Origin: an uncultured virus (IMG/VR IMGVR_UViG_3300025738_000003)
Taxonomy: Duplodnaviria; Heunggongvirae; Uroviricota; Caudoviricetes
Reading direction: 5' to 3' (one strand)
Length of the DNA: 64,000 nucleotides
Virus record (IMG/VR): IMGVR_UViG_3300025738_000003
In this document: one piece after another, positions 29,901-40,298 of the stretch
Layout: each line of letters begins with the position of its first letter
How positions within the stretch are numbered: position 1 is the stretch's first letter
The notes under the pieces: generated by a model
What the model saw: only the letters and a program-made list of their open reading frames with translations
Databases searched by the model: none
Told to the model about the DNA's origin: nothing
Translations under genes and position numbers: made by a program

Positions 29901-32116
29901 AAAAATCATTAGTCGATTCGGGCATCAATATTGTTAGCCAAACCATGGGCGATATTATCGACACGGGCTTAGTTCAAGCACAGCAATATTTTGATATTAA
30001 AACCAAAAAGAAAAAGTTTTGGGGTTTATCATCAAGCACAAGTTACAGCACACAATACCAAGATGTTGATCAACAGTTAGAGCACGAATTAGCACTAGTA
30101 TTTGGCAATATAGGCACGTCTATTACCAGTGCCATAGACGTATTAGGTGTTGATACACAAAAAAATCTCGATAACTTCGTATTGAGTATTGGCGCGATGA
30201 GTTTCAAAGGCCTTTCAGGTGACGAAATACAAGCTGAGCTTGAAGCCATACTGTCTAGCCAAGCCGATTTAATGGCAACGTATTTAGTACCAGGCATCGT
30301 AAACTTTCAAAAAGTGGGGGAAGGGCTCTATGAAACACTGATCCGACTTTCTCAAGAGCAAGCGGTATTTAATTCAGTCCTTGAAATCACAGGTAATACC
30401 TTAGCGAATGTTGATGCGAATAAAACCATTGTAGCGACTCAGGCCATTATTGGTTACGCAGGAGGCATTGAAGCACTGCAAGGTGCAGCAAGTACGTTCT
30501 TTACTGAATTTTATAGTGAAGCTGAACAGTTTGAATACATGCAAAAGCAGCTTAACGCTCAATTTGAAGCGCTTGGGTTAAGTGTTCCTGCCACCAAAGC
30601 AGGTTTTAAGGATCTCGTTAGTGCGTTAGAGCCTTTAAATGAAGCAGACCAACAGTTATATGCGCAATTATTATTACTGTCAGGTCAAACCGCTGAATAC
30701 TTAGATGCACTAGAAAATCAAGGTGGCGCGGTTGATAACACCATTGAAAAAGAAAAAGAACTAGCGATAGCGCGTTTAGCGTTTAGTAAAGACATTGGTA
30801 CCCAGTTAGCTTTGCTCGACTTTAGCCCTGTACAAACGCAGCTATATAACTTGCAGAAACAATTTGCTGATTATGCCAGTGAAGCACAAGCATTAGGCCT
30901 AGGCACTGAAATGCTTGAGCTGCTACATAGCAAAAAGCGTCAAACTATTATTGATAGTGCATTAGCTGAAATCAACAACACCCATCAAGTTGAGCTTGAT
31001 AAACTCAACAAGTCACATACTGCTGCAGTCGCTGAATTAGTTAGTGCTAATGAGCAAATGAGTACGTCTATTGCAGGGGTTGCTCAATCTATAGCCGGTA
31101 GTATTTTAACGCTTAAACGACAAATGAGCGGTTGGGATGAAGTTGGTTATCAATCAGATAACGTCAACAGTTTACGAAGTGGTTTAGGCAATGGCGATAT
31201 TGGCGCGCAATTATCGACTATTGATAAATTAAGCCAGGCATTACAAAACAAATATCAAGCTGAGATTGATAGCAACAATCAACTTTCTGATCTTGCCAAT
31301 GAGCGTTATCAAAATGATTTAAGTAATTATCAAGCCCTTGCTGATGCGGCTAAAAACCTTAAAAAAGCCGCGGATGATTTACGTTTTGGCGATTTATCAA
31401 CCTTTACTAGTGCTGAGCAATTTAACTTTTCGAAAGAGAGTTTTACCAAAGCCCTTAGCACAGGTGATATAGCTAATTTACAAGGCAGTGGTCAACAGTA
31501 CTTAGAGCAAGCTAAAAACTACTATGGCGGTACGGCAAGCTCAGAATATCAAGCGATATTTGATGAAGTAACGAATGCATTTAGTTCAACCGATGCAGGA
31601 GCTGCGCCAAGTGTTCCGGCACAAACAACGCGCTACCAAAATGACAACCTTGAATTGCAAAATAACTTGCTGTTAGAGCTTGAGTCACTGCAATTACTTA
31701 CCGATGAATTAAATGCGGTCAATGCTGATAACTTAACCGGTGAAATGGCAACGTTAGCGGATAGATATGATGAAGCGATGGCAGGGCTTAACCAGCAATT
31801 ACAAGCGCAAACGGCAGAGTTTGTTCACTCTATTACGAATGGTCTTAATGAAGTTGTTGGTGCAATTAACAATATCGAGATTCCAGCCATACCCGCTCCG
31901 GTGATTGTTAATCCTCAACCGATTTATTTACCCGCCATACCTGCTACACCCGCACCAGTGGTGGCTAATCCTGATAATAAGTTGAATGAGCTAGTTGAGT
32001 TAACTAAAAAGCAAACCAAGGCACAAGCTGAAGCAGCTGAACAAAACAATTCTCGATTAGAAGCAATGGAAATGAGATTTTCAGAAACTAATAGTATCAG
32101 GAAATATGCACCATGA
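26939..32116 (+). CDS. Tape measure protein (~1725 aa)
   Basis: Ala-rich helical; ETPFTL...GEFERLKEFGI tape-measure domain. Confidence 0.93.
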   Translation: MAKNYQVGLVIKGNAKGGVSAVKATKDELTKLNTKQKRFQQEATTSKASIGGMTKEFGLLKGVVAGVSFGLLANEVYRGIDAFQGYRGQLKTITGDFSSAGKELERLIAISKETPFTLAQSVEGFTKLTHLGLDPSRESMISYGNTAAAMGKDLMQMIEAVADASVGEFERLKEFGIKASSQGDKVRFTFQGTSTEIKKDAASIQQYLIDLGNNKFGDAMGDQMGRLSAKTSNLQTSFAQLYDGIGSQGAASGIGGTIDTIALGVDGLSSNLPAVISVIETLSVVAGGHLVAALAKSSKGMLDNKIASLGKLQANIKLQASELMLAKSANHKAIQEQLAAKRSLTIAKTTYARTRALNNLALANGKAAASERILTVATNAHNVAMNRASVTSRLLGGSMALLGGPVGVAMLAGYALYEMASGMDSAKSSADKLKESTDKVVSSIENMTRRQQELKAASYKRLIDDKTAEIIALGKQAQQLEAMDSRGNNKRSSAFSSEKRQEAAELSAELSVLQEAYGKLQENLVGVNLESIKWSESSDSSTKSIASLSKESQSLIDRLNPLAQTSRQYGEDMKQLHSSYLSGSLNIQEYKRHVASLAAEYKNSTKSKDVEISSDQKFINSLKEKIRLSGMGEVQKQAEINLSKLSINATDEQRQEVEKYTNALADQKNIQDEINAENDFYQNMIAGANGVGEAWASAGNIIVDTFGSIGQQMENLFVGQEKYNKAIEINHQKQKVVGADLNKLKKEEAKLDYGNTQAQLNSYSSIAGAASSMFKENSKAAKAFHAIEQGLAIASLAMSVKKMLMSSAETTAVVANETVKQAALGTTAIINQGQGDPYTAWVRIAAMVAVVAGLGIATSGSSGSAPTSSAERQENQGTGTVLGSDDKSASLINSFERIEELELDKYAELREMNNSLNDLNNNITHLATSFVSNFGKFDGAGYSGQLGETSKYNSNGLFEKIDSKLDVVFGSLGGGILDKIIGGFSSTKKSLVDSGINIVSQTMGDIIDTGLVQAQQYFDIKTKKKKFWGLSSSTSYSTQYQDVDQQLEHELALVFGNIGTSITSAIDVLGVDTQKNLDNFVLSIGAMSFKGLSGDEIQAELEAILSSQADLMATYLVPGIVNFQKVGEGLYETLIRLSQEQAVFNSVLEITGNTLANVDANKTIVATQAIIGYAGGIEALQGAASTFFTEFYSEAEQFEYMQKQLNAQFEALGLSVPATKAGFKDLVSALEPLNEADQQLYAQLLLLSGQTAEYLDALENQGGAVDNTIEKEKELAIARLAFSKDIGTQLALLDFSPVQTQLYNLQKQFADYASEAQALGLGTEMLELLHSKKRQTIIDSALAEINNTHQVELDKLNKSHTAAVAELVSANEQMSTSIAGVAQSIAGSILTLKRQMSGWDEVGYQSDNVNSLRSGLGNGDIGAQLSTIDKLSQALQNKYQAEIDSNNQLSDLANERYQNDLSNYQALADAAKNLKKAADDLRFGDLSTFTSAEQFNFSKESFTKALSTGDIANLQGSGQQYLEQAKNYYGGTASSEYQAIFDEVTNAFSSTDAGAAPSVPAQTTRYQNDNLELQNNLLLELESLQLLTDELNAVNADNLTGEMATLADRYDEAMAGLNQQLQAQTAEFVHSITNGLNEVVGAINNIEIPAIPAPVIVNPQPIYLPAIPATPAPVVANPDNKLNELVELTKKQTKAQAEAAEQNNSRLEAMEMRFSETNSIRKYAP

Positions 32117-33555
32117 GCTTAACAAAAATCCAATGGTTAAAGCGACCAGGGCTTTTTCGGTGCATCCTTGTTGAAGCGGATTATTTAGAAGCAGGGGAGT
32201 TAAAAACCCTGCACTTAAGTAATTACCCTTTTAGAGCCAAACCAACCGATGTTAAAGCTAATCAAGTTTATCATAACTGGTTAAACGTTGGCTCTACGCT
32301 TACTTTTAGCCAGCGAATGAGTGTGGTTTTGTTCGGTGAAACAACGACAAGCACTAGTGCTATCGAGTTTTTTCTTCATGAAAAAGTTGAGGCGTTAATT
32401 ACCTCGGCTGATTTTTCGGGGCAAAAAATACGGGTACTGATTGGCGCGCCAAAATGGTCCCGTGATTTGTTTATTGAAAAGTTTGTCGGTGTCAGTAAAA
32501 ACATTGATCCCGTTGATGACAACCGCGCCCGACTTTTGTTTAGTGATTTTAGTAAATCATTAACTAAGCCGGTATTAACTAATGCGATCACCAGCGTTGA
32601 GAATAACGATGTTTTCAAGCCGCGCTGTTTTGGCCAATGTTTTAATATTGAACCTGTTTTAACCAACGCGATATCTCGAACGTATCAGATCAATGATGGT
32701 GCTATTGAGTCAGTAACACAGGTAAGAGAAAGCGGTTTTGTTATCAGTCCCGTTAATTATACGGTTAACAAAAGTGTCGGCACCATTACCATCAATAAAA
32801 ACGTAACGGGTAGACTGACCCTTGATTGTCAGGGCCATGTTGAAAATGGTGTTTATCTTAAAACTGCAGAGCAAATAATTAACCACCTTTTGTTCATTGC
32901 TGGGCAAAGTGCGGCGGTTGATAGTCTGGTTTTGCCAAGTTATACGCTAGGCCTTTACCAGCAAAAACAACGCAACATTGATGAGTGCATCGATGAGGTT
33001 TGTCAAAGTGTCGGGGCTAACTGGTACTTTGATGCATTAAGTCAATTTAGATTACAGCATTATGTCGGCATTACGCCAGTAACTGATTTTATTACCGCAG
33101 GACAAATAAAAAATGGCAGCTTGCGTATTAAAGATCGGTTACCGGCCATTAGTAAATTAACCCTAGCTTTTCAAAAAAACTACACCCCGCAAGGGGATGG
33201 TTTAGCGGCAGTGATCACTGAGAACAACCCTGAGTTAGCTGCGTTATATCAAAAAGACAATAGTGTCAGTAGCGGAACCAATACAGTGGTTAACTCTTCT
33301 GCTGCAGAAGAGTTAATAATACCAACCTTAATAGCCAATCTCGCTGATGTGCAAACAGAGCTTGTTAGGCGATTACCTTTACTTAAACACCCTCGGACCA
33401 TTTACAGCATGGAAACCACCATCAAAAAGCATAACCAAGGCAGTACGGTTAATGTGACCTATCCGCGCTATTTTGGCGGCAGTAAAGATGCGGTAGTGGT
33501 AGGGCAAATACACCGACTGAATAACCCAACTGACATTATGGAGGTGTTAGCGTGA
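32113..33555 (+). CDS. Tail tip/baseplate protein
   Basis: Follows TMP; KPRCFGQCFNIEP. Confidence 0.7.
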   Translation: MSLTKIQWLKRPGLFRCILVEADYLEAGELKTLHLSNYPFRAKPTDVKANQVYHNWLNVGSTLTFSQRMSVVLFGETTTSTSAIEFFLHEKVEALITSADFSGQKIRVLIGAPKWSRDLFIEKFVGVSKNIDPVDDNRARLLFSDFSKSLTKPVLTNAITSVENNDVFKPRCFGQCFNIEPVLTNAISRTYQINDGAIESVTQVRESGFVISPVNYTVNKSVGTITINKNVTGRLTLDCQGHVENGVYLKTAEQIINHLLFIAGQSAAVDSLVLPSYTLGLYQQKQRNIDECIDEVCQSVGANWYFDALSQFRLQHYVGITPVTDFITAGQIKNGSLRIKDRLPAISKLTLAFQKNYTPQGDGLAAVITENNPELAALYQKDNSVSSGTNTVVNSSAAEELIIPTLIANLADVQTELVRRLPLLKHPRTIYSMETTIKKHNQGSTVNVTYPRYFGGSKDAVVVGQIHRLNNPTDIMEVLA

Positions 33556-34424
33556 GTAATAACATGGTTGTTATGCGCAACGATTCGTTTGATGTTGCAG
33601 CAGTAACATTAAAAACAGGGGTTGAAATAGCAGGTTTAGAGCCATCGAACACCCAGCTTTACAGTAATGCTGAAGTGTTTAGAACAACATCATTAACCAA
33701 TGTTGAAATCAAAGTAGCATTTAATGAGCCAGGCATTGTTTCAGGCTTAGTGTTATGGCGCCATAACCTCAGTGCTACCGCGACAGTGCAATGGCTTGGT
33801 TATGTCAGCAATGATTTATCAGGCGTACCGGTATTTGATAGCGGCATTGTGAATGCTATTGAAGCCAAATCACTGGGCGAGCTGGAATGGGGCGTTGAAG
33901 CATTAGGCGCTAACATCTTTGATCAAAGCGCTTTTGAGAAAAAATTTACCGAAATCTGGCTAAAAAATAACAGTGATGAGTTAGAGCCGGTGGCAGTACA
34001 AAGTCAACTCATTGTGATTAACGATCCCGATAACCCTGATTTATTTATTGATCTTGCGCGAATTTACAATGGCCTTGCTCAGTCACCCAACACTAACTTT
34101 AGTTATGGCGCCAAAATGTCACCTGAGGTCACCAGTTCATCGGGGGTCGCAACGGCTGATGGTAGTTTTCATACTGTTTATGCTCCAGCAATTCGCCACC
34201 TTGACTTGAGCTTGCAATGGCTTGATGAATACGAACGACCTAAGTTTACTGAGTTTTTTAGTCTTGTTGGTTTACATCAAGATTTTTACATTTCTCTTTA
34301 TCCTGGTGAAAGCGGTCAAAAACGACGAGATCATGCCTTTGCCGCTAAATGCAAAAGCATACCCAGTAGTACCCATGATTTCCATAATAACTATTCAACG
34401 CCTATTAGCGTGAGAGAGGTTTAA
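33552..34424 (+). CDS. Tail tip protein
   Basis: Coupled tail-region ORF; HNLS motif. Confidence 0.65.
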   Translation: MSNNMVVMRNDSFDVAAVTLKTGVEIAGLEPSNTQLYSNAEVFRTTSLTNVEIKVAFNEPGIVSGLVLWRHNLSATATVQWLGYVSNDLSGVPVFDSGIVNAIEAKSLGELEWGVEALGANIFDQSAFEKKFTEIWLKNNSDELEPVAVQSQLIVINDPDNPDLFIDLARIYNGLAQSPNTNFSYGAKMSPEVTSSSGVATADGSFHTVYAPAIRHLDLSLQWLDEYERPKFTEFFSLVGLHQDFYISLYPGESGQKRRDHAFAAKCKSIPSSTHDFHNNYSTPISVREV

Positions 34425-35930
34425 GTGACCGCTGTTCAATTTAAGCTCAATGACAAAGATTATTTAGAAAAACTAAACCAGATGAGCGCCCAAGCAGGTG
34501 ATGTTCAACAGGCAAAATACGATGCAGAGAAGTCTGCAGACAAGGCACAAGAACAAGTAGAAATTACGCTTCAGCATAAAAAATCGGCAAGTGATTCAGC
34601 ACAAGCCGCGAATGACACCGTGGCGGGTAAACACAATCACGACAGCCTTTATCTTAGTAAATCCATCCGGTGGAGCCTTATCAACAACCCTGATGTGCAT
34701 TTATTTGGTAGCGGTCAGTCAGTAGTAAAATTAAATGGCGGTTTGTCATTTGAGCGTGATAGTTCAGCAACATATATTGATAAAAATACTAAGTTGTTAA
34801 TGATAGCCAACGCCAATGAATTACGCGAAGAAGCAAAAGGCTTTTTAATTGAGGGGTACAGCAAGAATTTATTTAGTGATAGAAAAACATTGAATTGGGG
34901 TAATACGCGCACCACAACAAGCACTGACGCAACAAAAGGGATTGACGGCACTTCTGATGCAACAAAGTTAACTGTTGATAGTGCGCTTTCTACAACTCAC
35001 ACAATAACCTCGCCCACGAGCATATCAGTCACTAGTGGAGAAACCTATACTAAATCAGTGTTTGCCAAAGCTGGTAATGGTACGGGAGCAGGGCGTTATT
35101 TACAGTTAGCCACTGATAGTTTTGGTGCATGGTCTAATGATGGCAATGTAGTGTTCGACCTTGTTGGTGGTGTTGTAAGTAATGGGGTAGGTGACGTATT
35201 CACAGCTACTCTCCCCAAGCAATATCAAATGGAATACATAGGTAACGGGTGGTATAGGTGTTCTATACAAATGATATGTAATTCCACATCGACCCTAAAC
35301 CAAGAAATACAAATGTCTGACGGGGGTAATTCGGAAACATTCAACGGCAACGGGTCGGACTTTATCTATGTAGATTGGGCGCAGTGCGAGCAATTACCTT
35401 TTGCGTCAAGCCCGATCAATTCGTCAGGTGAACCAGCAGAAAGGTCTGCCGATGATTTGAGCATTGATATTAATAACCTTCCTTTAAATGACAAGGGGGC
35501 GCTCAGTGTAAGCGCTGAAATAAGTCTTTTACATGAGCCAGCAGAGCTAACAAGTAACGCTTATGTGTGGGGTATTTATCTAGGCAATGATGATCACCTG
35601 CTCTTTAAGTTCACAACATCTAACAATATATCAGCAATAAGTCAGAGCAGCGGTGTAAGTGCGATCACATCCGTACATAGTAATAATGTTCGAGGTGTGC
35701 CTCAGCAGTTTACGGTAACTTTTGCTAAGACGGGGCTTGTCACGACTTATGTCGGTAGTGAAACAGATAGTGCAACACAGCATGAGGATACATGGGTTAA
35801 CCATACTGATAGTGATGTTTTTAGTGTTGGTGGATATCGTAATAACGGTGCATTAAAACTCTGGGGTCACATGAAAGATTTTAAGATATGGCGCGAAGAT
35901 TTCACACCTGACGAAGTAAACACATTATAA
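34425..35930 (+). CDS. Tail fibre/receptor-binding protein
   Basis: Coiled N-terminus, R-x-S-x-ATY...LIEG..NL, GNGWYRC, beta-rich C-terminus. Confidence 0.75.
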   Translation: MTAVQFKLNDKDYLEKLNQMSAQAGDVQQAKYDAEKSADKAQEQVEITLQHKKSASDSAQAANDTVAGKHNHDSLYLSKSIRWSLINNPDVHLFGSGQSVVKLNGGLSFERDSSATYIDKNTKLLMIANANELREEAKGFLIEGYSKNLFSDRKTLNWGNTRTTTSTDATKGIDGTSDATKLTVDSALSTTHTITSPTSISVTSGETYTKSVFAKAGNGTGAGRYLQLATDSFGAWSNDGNVVFDLVGGVVSNGVGDVFTATLPKQYQMEYIGNGWYRCSIQMICNSTSTLNQEIQMSDGGNSETFNGNGSDFIYVDWAQCEQLPFASSPINSSGEPAERSADDLSIDINNLPLNDKGALSVSAEISLLHEPAELTSNAYVWGIYLGNDDHLLFKFTTSNNISAISQSSGVSAITSVHSNNVRGVPQQFTVTFAKTGLVTTYVGSETDSATQHEDTWVNHTDSDVFSVGGYRNNGALKLWGHMKDFKIWREDFTPDEVNTL

Positions 35931-35942
35931 GGTAGCCAGAAC

Positions 35943-36728
35943 ATGACAATAAAAATTTACGCTAATAGCTCGATTTCAGGTACGGTTTTAGAGCTGACAA
36001 CCCTAAACCCTGTTGTTATTTTGGGTGCCAGCATTGTTGAGGATGATACGGGTAGGGTGATTAATGGTGATGGCGTTCGCACATACCTAGCATTAGTTGC
36101 TCTGATTGAGAGCAACAAGCGCAGCAGGCACAGCATGATAATGCCTCAATTTACAGTTGATTACCATTTAGTTTCTTTAAAAGCAGGTCTAAGCACGACC
36201 TATCAATCAAATTCATATGATTTTTTCGGGCAATTACAAAATAATTGGTCGCAATATGGTTTTGAAACTGCTGTATATCAACAATCAGCAAACACTTTAG
36301 AGCAGACGATTGTCGATACGGGTGCAGGGAGTGAGGGCGTATTAACTCATGTAATGTGCGGGGGGCTTAGTGTTACTGGCGATATAACAATTCGCGTAAC
36401 TGCTGACGGCGAGGTTCATACTTTTGTGGTAACAGGGATTGCGGCTAGTAGGCGTTTTTGTATTGGTGATTTTGTTCAGTTCTCACCATCTACTGATTCT
36501 AACTTGTCAACGGGTGAGTTTAGCGCCTTTGATGCTGGTTATCTGACAACAAGGCCGCTAGGGATGGTGACGCCTAATGACACAGCATCAAAGGGCATGA
36601 AAATCGGCATCCCTTTTGAAGACTCTTTAAAGGTAACTATGCAGGGCAGCGTTAATTTCGTCGTTGGATCTTCATCTTATAAGTCTGTTGCCGCATGGTT
36701 AACTCATATACCACAAGGAGTATTGTAA
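35943..36728 (+). CDS. Hypothetical tail-region protein
   Basis: 261-aa ORF with RBS. Confidence 0.65.
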   Translation: MTIKIYANSSISGTVLELTTLNPVVILGASIVEDDTGRVINGDGVRTYLALVALIESNKRSRHSMIMPQFTVDYHLVSLKAGLSTTYQSNSYDFFGQLQNNWSQYGFETAVYQQSANTLEQTIVDTGAGSEGVLTHVMCGGLSVTGDITIRVTADGEVHTFVVTGIAASRRFCIGDFVQFSPSTDSNLSTGEFSAFDAGYLTTRPLGMVTPNDTASKGMKIGIPFEDSLKVTMQGSVNFVVGSSSYKSVAAWLTHIPQGVL

Positions 36729-37171
36729 TGTTAAATTTAATTGCTTGGGATAAAGAAAACAATATCGCTGTAGAGCCTGAAAGATTGCCGTTAGATAATG
36801 AATGGGCAAGATTCCCCAGTGGAGTGAAAAAAACTTGGTATGAGCCTGTGGTTATTGTGGAGGTTATACCAGCTATTCGCGTCATTACCGTTCGCGCACT
36901 TAAACAACGATTTTATATAGCTGAACGTCATGCGGTGCGTAATACGACTAATATTTATGTTGAAGACATTTACGATGATTTAGTGGGTAGCGCTTATGTT
37001 GACTTAGATGATGCAAAGGTGGCGCAAGGTTTAGGTGTTGTACTTAATAACTTAACCACTATTGATAACATTCAAGAGCCGAGCATTAAAACGGTACTTA
37101 ATGAAGTATCTCGCCTTGCTCAATTGCTGCTCGATGGTGAAGAACACGAAAAATATAACGGGGTGCTTTAA
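36728..37171 (+). CDS. Possible fibre assembly protein
   Basis: ITVRALKQRF...YVDLDD; AAGGAG RBS. Confidence 0.55.
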   Translation: MLNLIAWDKENNIAVEPERLPLDNEWARFPSGVKKTWYEPVVIVEVIPAIRVITVRALKQRFYIAERHAVRNTTNIYVEDIYDDLVGSAYVDLDDAKVAQGLGVVLNNLTTIDNIQEPSIKTVLNEVSRLAQLLLDGEEHEKYNGVL

Positions 37172-37540
37172 ATGCTATTACCGCTATTGAAAATGTTAAA
37201 AAACCTCACAGGCTACATTTTCGTAGCCTTTTTTGTGCTCAGTCCTTTTGTGCCCTATGGCAATTACATCGGTTATATCTTGGCGCTGTTCTTTCTGCTT
37301 CAGCTGCCGTTTATACGAAAATATGACTATTGCTTAAGTACCTGGTACTTGATTGATATTTTAGCGTGTCATTGTATCCATAAAACGGGCGATAAACGCA
37401 GTATTAGCGGTTGGACCGGACAACACATGGCAACACTACCCCGTTATCGTTATCAAGCGTATTTGATTGATTTTGCCTTGGGTAAAGACCATTGCCTCCA
37501 GGAGTATCAAAAAGAAAAAGCGAAAGGGCATGTCCTTTAA
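37172..37540 (+). CDS. Membrane protein
   Basis: 2 TM helices, then SISGWTG...DHC; resembles 59585-59815. Confidence 0.6.
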   Translation: MLLPLLKMLKNLTGYIFVAFFVLSPFVPYGNYIGYILALFFLLQLPFIRKYDYCLSTWYLIDILACHCIHKTGDKRSISGWTGQHMATLPRYRYQAYLIDFALGKDHCLQEYQKEKAKGHVL

Positions 37541-37622
37541 TTTTATTTCTAACCAGCCACCTTCTACCCAACACTTTTAAACCACCTTCTCGGTGGTTTT
37601 TTACTTTCTAAGCGAGCGAATT

Positions 37623-37898
37623 ATGACCCAAACGACAAAAGTTAACGTAACAAACACCTTAACACCAATAGCGAACAGCGATACAGATACCTTGGTGACC
37701 GTGCAATCTAAATCCGGCCATACCATTGGCATTGTCGTTGATGACCGAGCACAAGCTGAACGCATCACGGCACTAGATGATATCTATTATGAAATCGGTC
37801 AAGGTGAAGAGCGCACCTTTAGTGGTTTCACCGGCACTATTTCGGTTAAAACCATGACGGATGATAAAGAAGCAGCCTTGATGGTAATGAAATCATGA
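37623..37898 (+). CDS. Hypothetical protein
   Basis: Beta-rich ORF after a terminator. Confidence 0.6.
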   Translation: MTQTTKVNVTNTLTPIANSDTDTLVTVQSKSGHTIGIVVDDRAQAERITALDDIYYEIGQGEERTFSGFTGTISVKTMTDDKEAALMVMKS

Positions 37899-38041
37899 TA
37901 GGGCATTTTATTGGCCCTCAATCGCTCTTTGGGCATTTTCCGTTGTTATCGGGTGGTGCATTCCCGAACAGCTTTATCACCGCATGGAATCAACCAATCA
38001 ACATGAACGGCACCATTTATTTAAACCAAATTTTAGGATAG
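37895..38041 (+). CDS. 48-aa small ORF (not in ORF track)
   Basis: ATGA overlap with the upstream gene; MIGHFIGPQ... Confidence 0.45.
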   Translation: MIGHFIGPQSLFGHFPLLSGGAFPNSFITAWNQPINMNGTIYLNQILG

Positions 38042-38048
38042 CAATAAC

Positions 38049-39809
38049 ATGACAATTCCACATTTAATAAAAGGCGTTTCAAACGTTGAAGATTTATTTG
38101 ATCGTGTAAACGCTCTTATCACAGCACAAACTGGGGTTGAACTGCCTGTTGTAGCAGCTCCTTTTGATATATGGATGGTGGCGGGTCAATCACTTTCAAT
38201 CGGCACATTAAACCCTGCATTTAACGTGAAGCCACCGCAGCCGCAAATACCCAGTAACTTTAAAATGTTTAATCAAGTTGGCTCAACTGGCGTACAAGAT
38301 AGAGCACTAATCCCAAGTGACATTAATGAGTTAGTAGCGTATCAAGAGCAAGGCGAATCGGGCATGGCTAGCTATTACACGCTAGGGACTACATTTTTAG
38401 CTGGAACTACAACCAAGGAAACCGCATGGATTCCTGCGGGTAAAGGCGGTGGGTCTATAGAAAATATCGGTAAAGACGGTTCATATGCGTGCTATGCGAA
38501 CCAGCAAGCTATGCTAGCAAGGCTAAAGGTATTGCAAAGCAGTGCAACCGTTAAAGGGATTATTTTCATTCATGGTGGTGCTAATTATCAGGACACCAAG
38601 CAAGAATACTACGATAAAATGGTAGCGTTTTTAGCTGACCAAATAAGTGCTATACAAGCTGAATATCCCAACCAAACCCCTCCTTTGTACATATATCAAC
38701 ACGGTGGCGAGCGAATTACCGATCAGGTACAACAAGCTCAGTTACAAATGGCTAAAGATGGGTTGGCTGTTTGTGTTGGTGCAACATACTGGCTCAACAG
38801 ACAGCACCCCAATACGTCTGAGGGGCTTAACGGGTCAACAAACTTTGAAAGAATACACCTGAACCCACTTGGTTATCAGTATTTGGGTGATATGTTCAAA
38901 AGAGCCGTCAAACTTGGTACGTCATTCAAGCCATTGCATGTAGAAAGTTATGAATGGGTAACAACAAAGCAATTAAAGTTACATGTACATAACCCTGAGA
39001 TTGGCTCGACGCTTGTTATTGATACTACTCAGCCATTTTTACCAGCCTTTGCGGGCAGTGGCATAGAGGTCGAACGGCCTAATGGTGAGCTTTTCCCTGC
39101 AACCAACGTTACTGTCAATGAGAACACAATCACTGTTGATTTTGCTGGTGACGTGCTGATAGGTGACAGGATTCGGTTAGGTTTTACGCCAGAAGATATG
39201 AAATATGACGGTGAATTTGCACCTAACCCAGCTATAGGTTCATACCCTTCTGCAATGATAGGCACAAACATAAGGGGCAGCAAGTCATTACCAGCAAGCC
39301 TTGGTAATGATGATTACTATGATTGGCTTGCGGTTGATTCGATAGATACCGAGGCGCTGCCATCTTCACCTGTAGTTGCTCGCGGTAATAATTGTTGGAA
39401 AACTGGGGCAACACAAGGTATAGCGGGATGGGGTTCTTCTCGCACTTTCCTTGGTGGGGTTATGACTGTCGTTACTGATGGTATTTCGGAGGAATTCCCG
39501 ATATCACGAAGCCTACAAAATGCAGGGACAAATAAAGAGCACAGTACATGGAATATAAAAGCCGCTCGTACTTTTGAGTTTACCGCTAATGCCGCTATTG
39601 ATACTGATATAGCGTATTACCAAGTATTTATCGGAGGTGCTGGGACAAACATAGCACAATCAGACATAGTGGATGGCAAAGTAACGCTACAACTAACCGC
39701 AACAATTGATTTTGATATCCGTGTAGCATTGAAAGAACGAACTGGTGAGGATATCACAGCATTTACTGGCCACTTGAGTGATATAGAAATTAGAGAGGTG
39801 TTTAGCTAA
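38049..39809 (+). CDS. SGNH/SASA-type carbohydrate O-acetylesterase
   Basis: VAGQSL, GKGG, HGGAN, IHLNPLGY blocks. Confidence 0.75.
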   Translation: MTIPHLIKGVSNVEDLFDRVNALITAQTGVELPVVAAPFDIWMVAGQSLSIGTLNPAFNVKPPQPQIPSNFKMFNQVGSTGVQDRALIPSDINELVAYQEQGESGMASYYTLGTTFLAGTTTKETAWIPAGKGGGSIENIGKDGSYACYANQQAMLARLKVLQSSATVKGIIFIHGGANYQDTKQEYYDKMVAFLADQISAIQAEYPNQTPPLYIYQHGGERITDQVQQAQLQMAKDGLAVCVGATYWLNRQHPNTSEGLNGSTNFERIHLNPLGYQYLGDMFKRAVKLGTSFKPLHVESYEWVTTKQLKLHVHNPEIGSTLVIDTTQPFLPAFAGSGIEVERPNGELFPATNVTVNENTITVDFAGDVLIGDRIRLGFTPEDMKYDGEFAPNPAIGSYPSAMIGTNIRGSKSLPASLGNDDYYDWLAVDSIDTEALPSSPVVARGNNCWKTGATQGIAGWGSSRTFLGGVMTVVTDGISEEFPISRSLQNAGTNKEHSTWNIKAARTFEFTANAAIDTDIAYYQVFIGGAGTNIAQSDIVDGKVTLQLTATIDFDIRVALKERTGEDITAFTGHLSDIEIREVFS

Positions 39810-40068
39810 ATATTTATGAGTAAAGAGGAAACCTTAACAAGTTTCCTCTGCTTCTTTTCCGTACTTTTTAAGATTTAACTTCACCTGGTGGCTTTTAATG
39901 AAGCTGTCTCAACTCATTGTCGCTTATATCTAGTTATTAAAGGGAAAAGCAGACAATAGCTATTAGTCATTGCCGAACGCTTTTAAACCCAGTAATAACG
40001 GACTTCCACGGAAAATTACTAATTAGCACAACCCACGAACAACACAACCTTAACAGAGTGAGTAATTT

Positions 40069-40290
40069 ATGAGTTTAACTTCAGGTAAACCACAAGAACA
40101 CCAAGGCGGCGTTGTTGTCGTGCAAGTGGCCCTTAATTCAGGCACCGCCGTTATTGAGGCGTCAGTAGGCAACTTACCTTTTAAGCCATTTAAAACAGTG
40201 ACCATTCCCGACGAGTTTGTCAGAGTGCAATTGAACGCCGGTAATCGTTGGCGTGTAGTGTTAACCGGTGCGGCTGTTGCCGCTATCTAG
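40069..40290 (+). CDS. Hypothetical protein
   Basis: 73-aa beta-rich ORF. Confidence 0.55.
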   Translation: MSLTSGKPQEHQGGVVVVQVALNSGTAVIEASVGNLPFKPFKTVTIPDEFVRVQLNAGNRWRVVLTGAAVAAI

Positions 40291-40298
40291 CGCCCATT

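Larger units (their letters stand above)
339..39850 (+). mobile_element. Lambdoid siphovirus prophage (element 1); boundaries approximate
   Basis: Ordered modules: int-xis, early left genes, cI/cro, O/DnaC, late regulator, lysis, terminase, head, tail, fibre. Confidence 0.9.

Noticed and set aside
34425..39809. Diversity-generating retroelement acting on the fibres
   Set aside because: No reverse transcriptase or template/variable repeat pair noticed
39810..40068. attR of element 1
   Set aside because: No direct repeat of the 1-390 region or arm-type sites found by eye; a computational repeat search is needed
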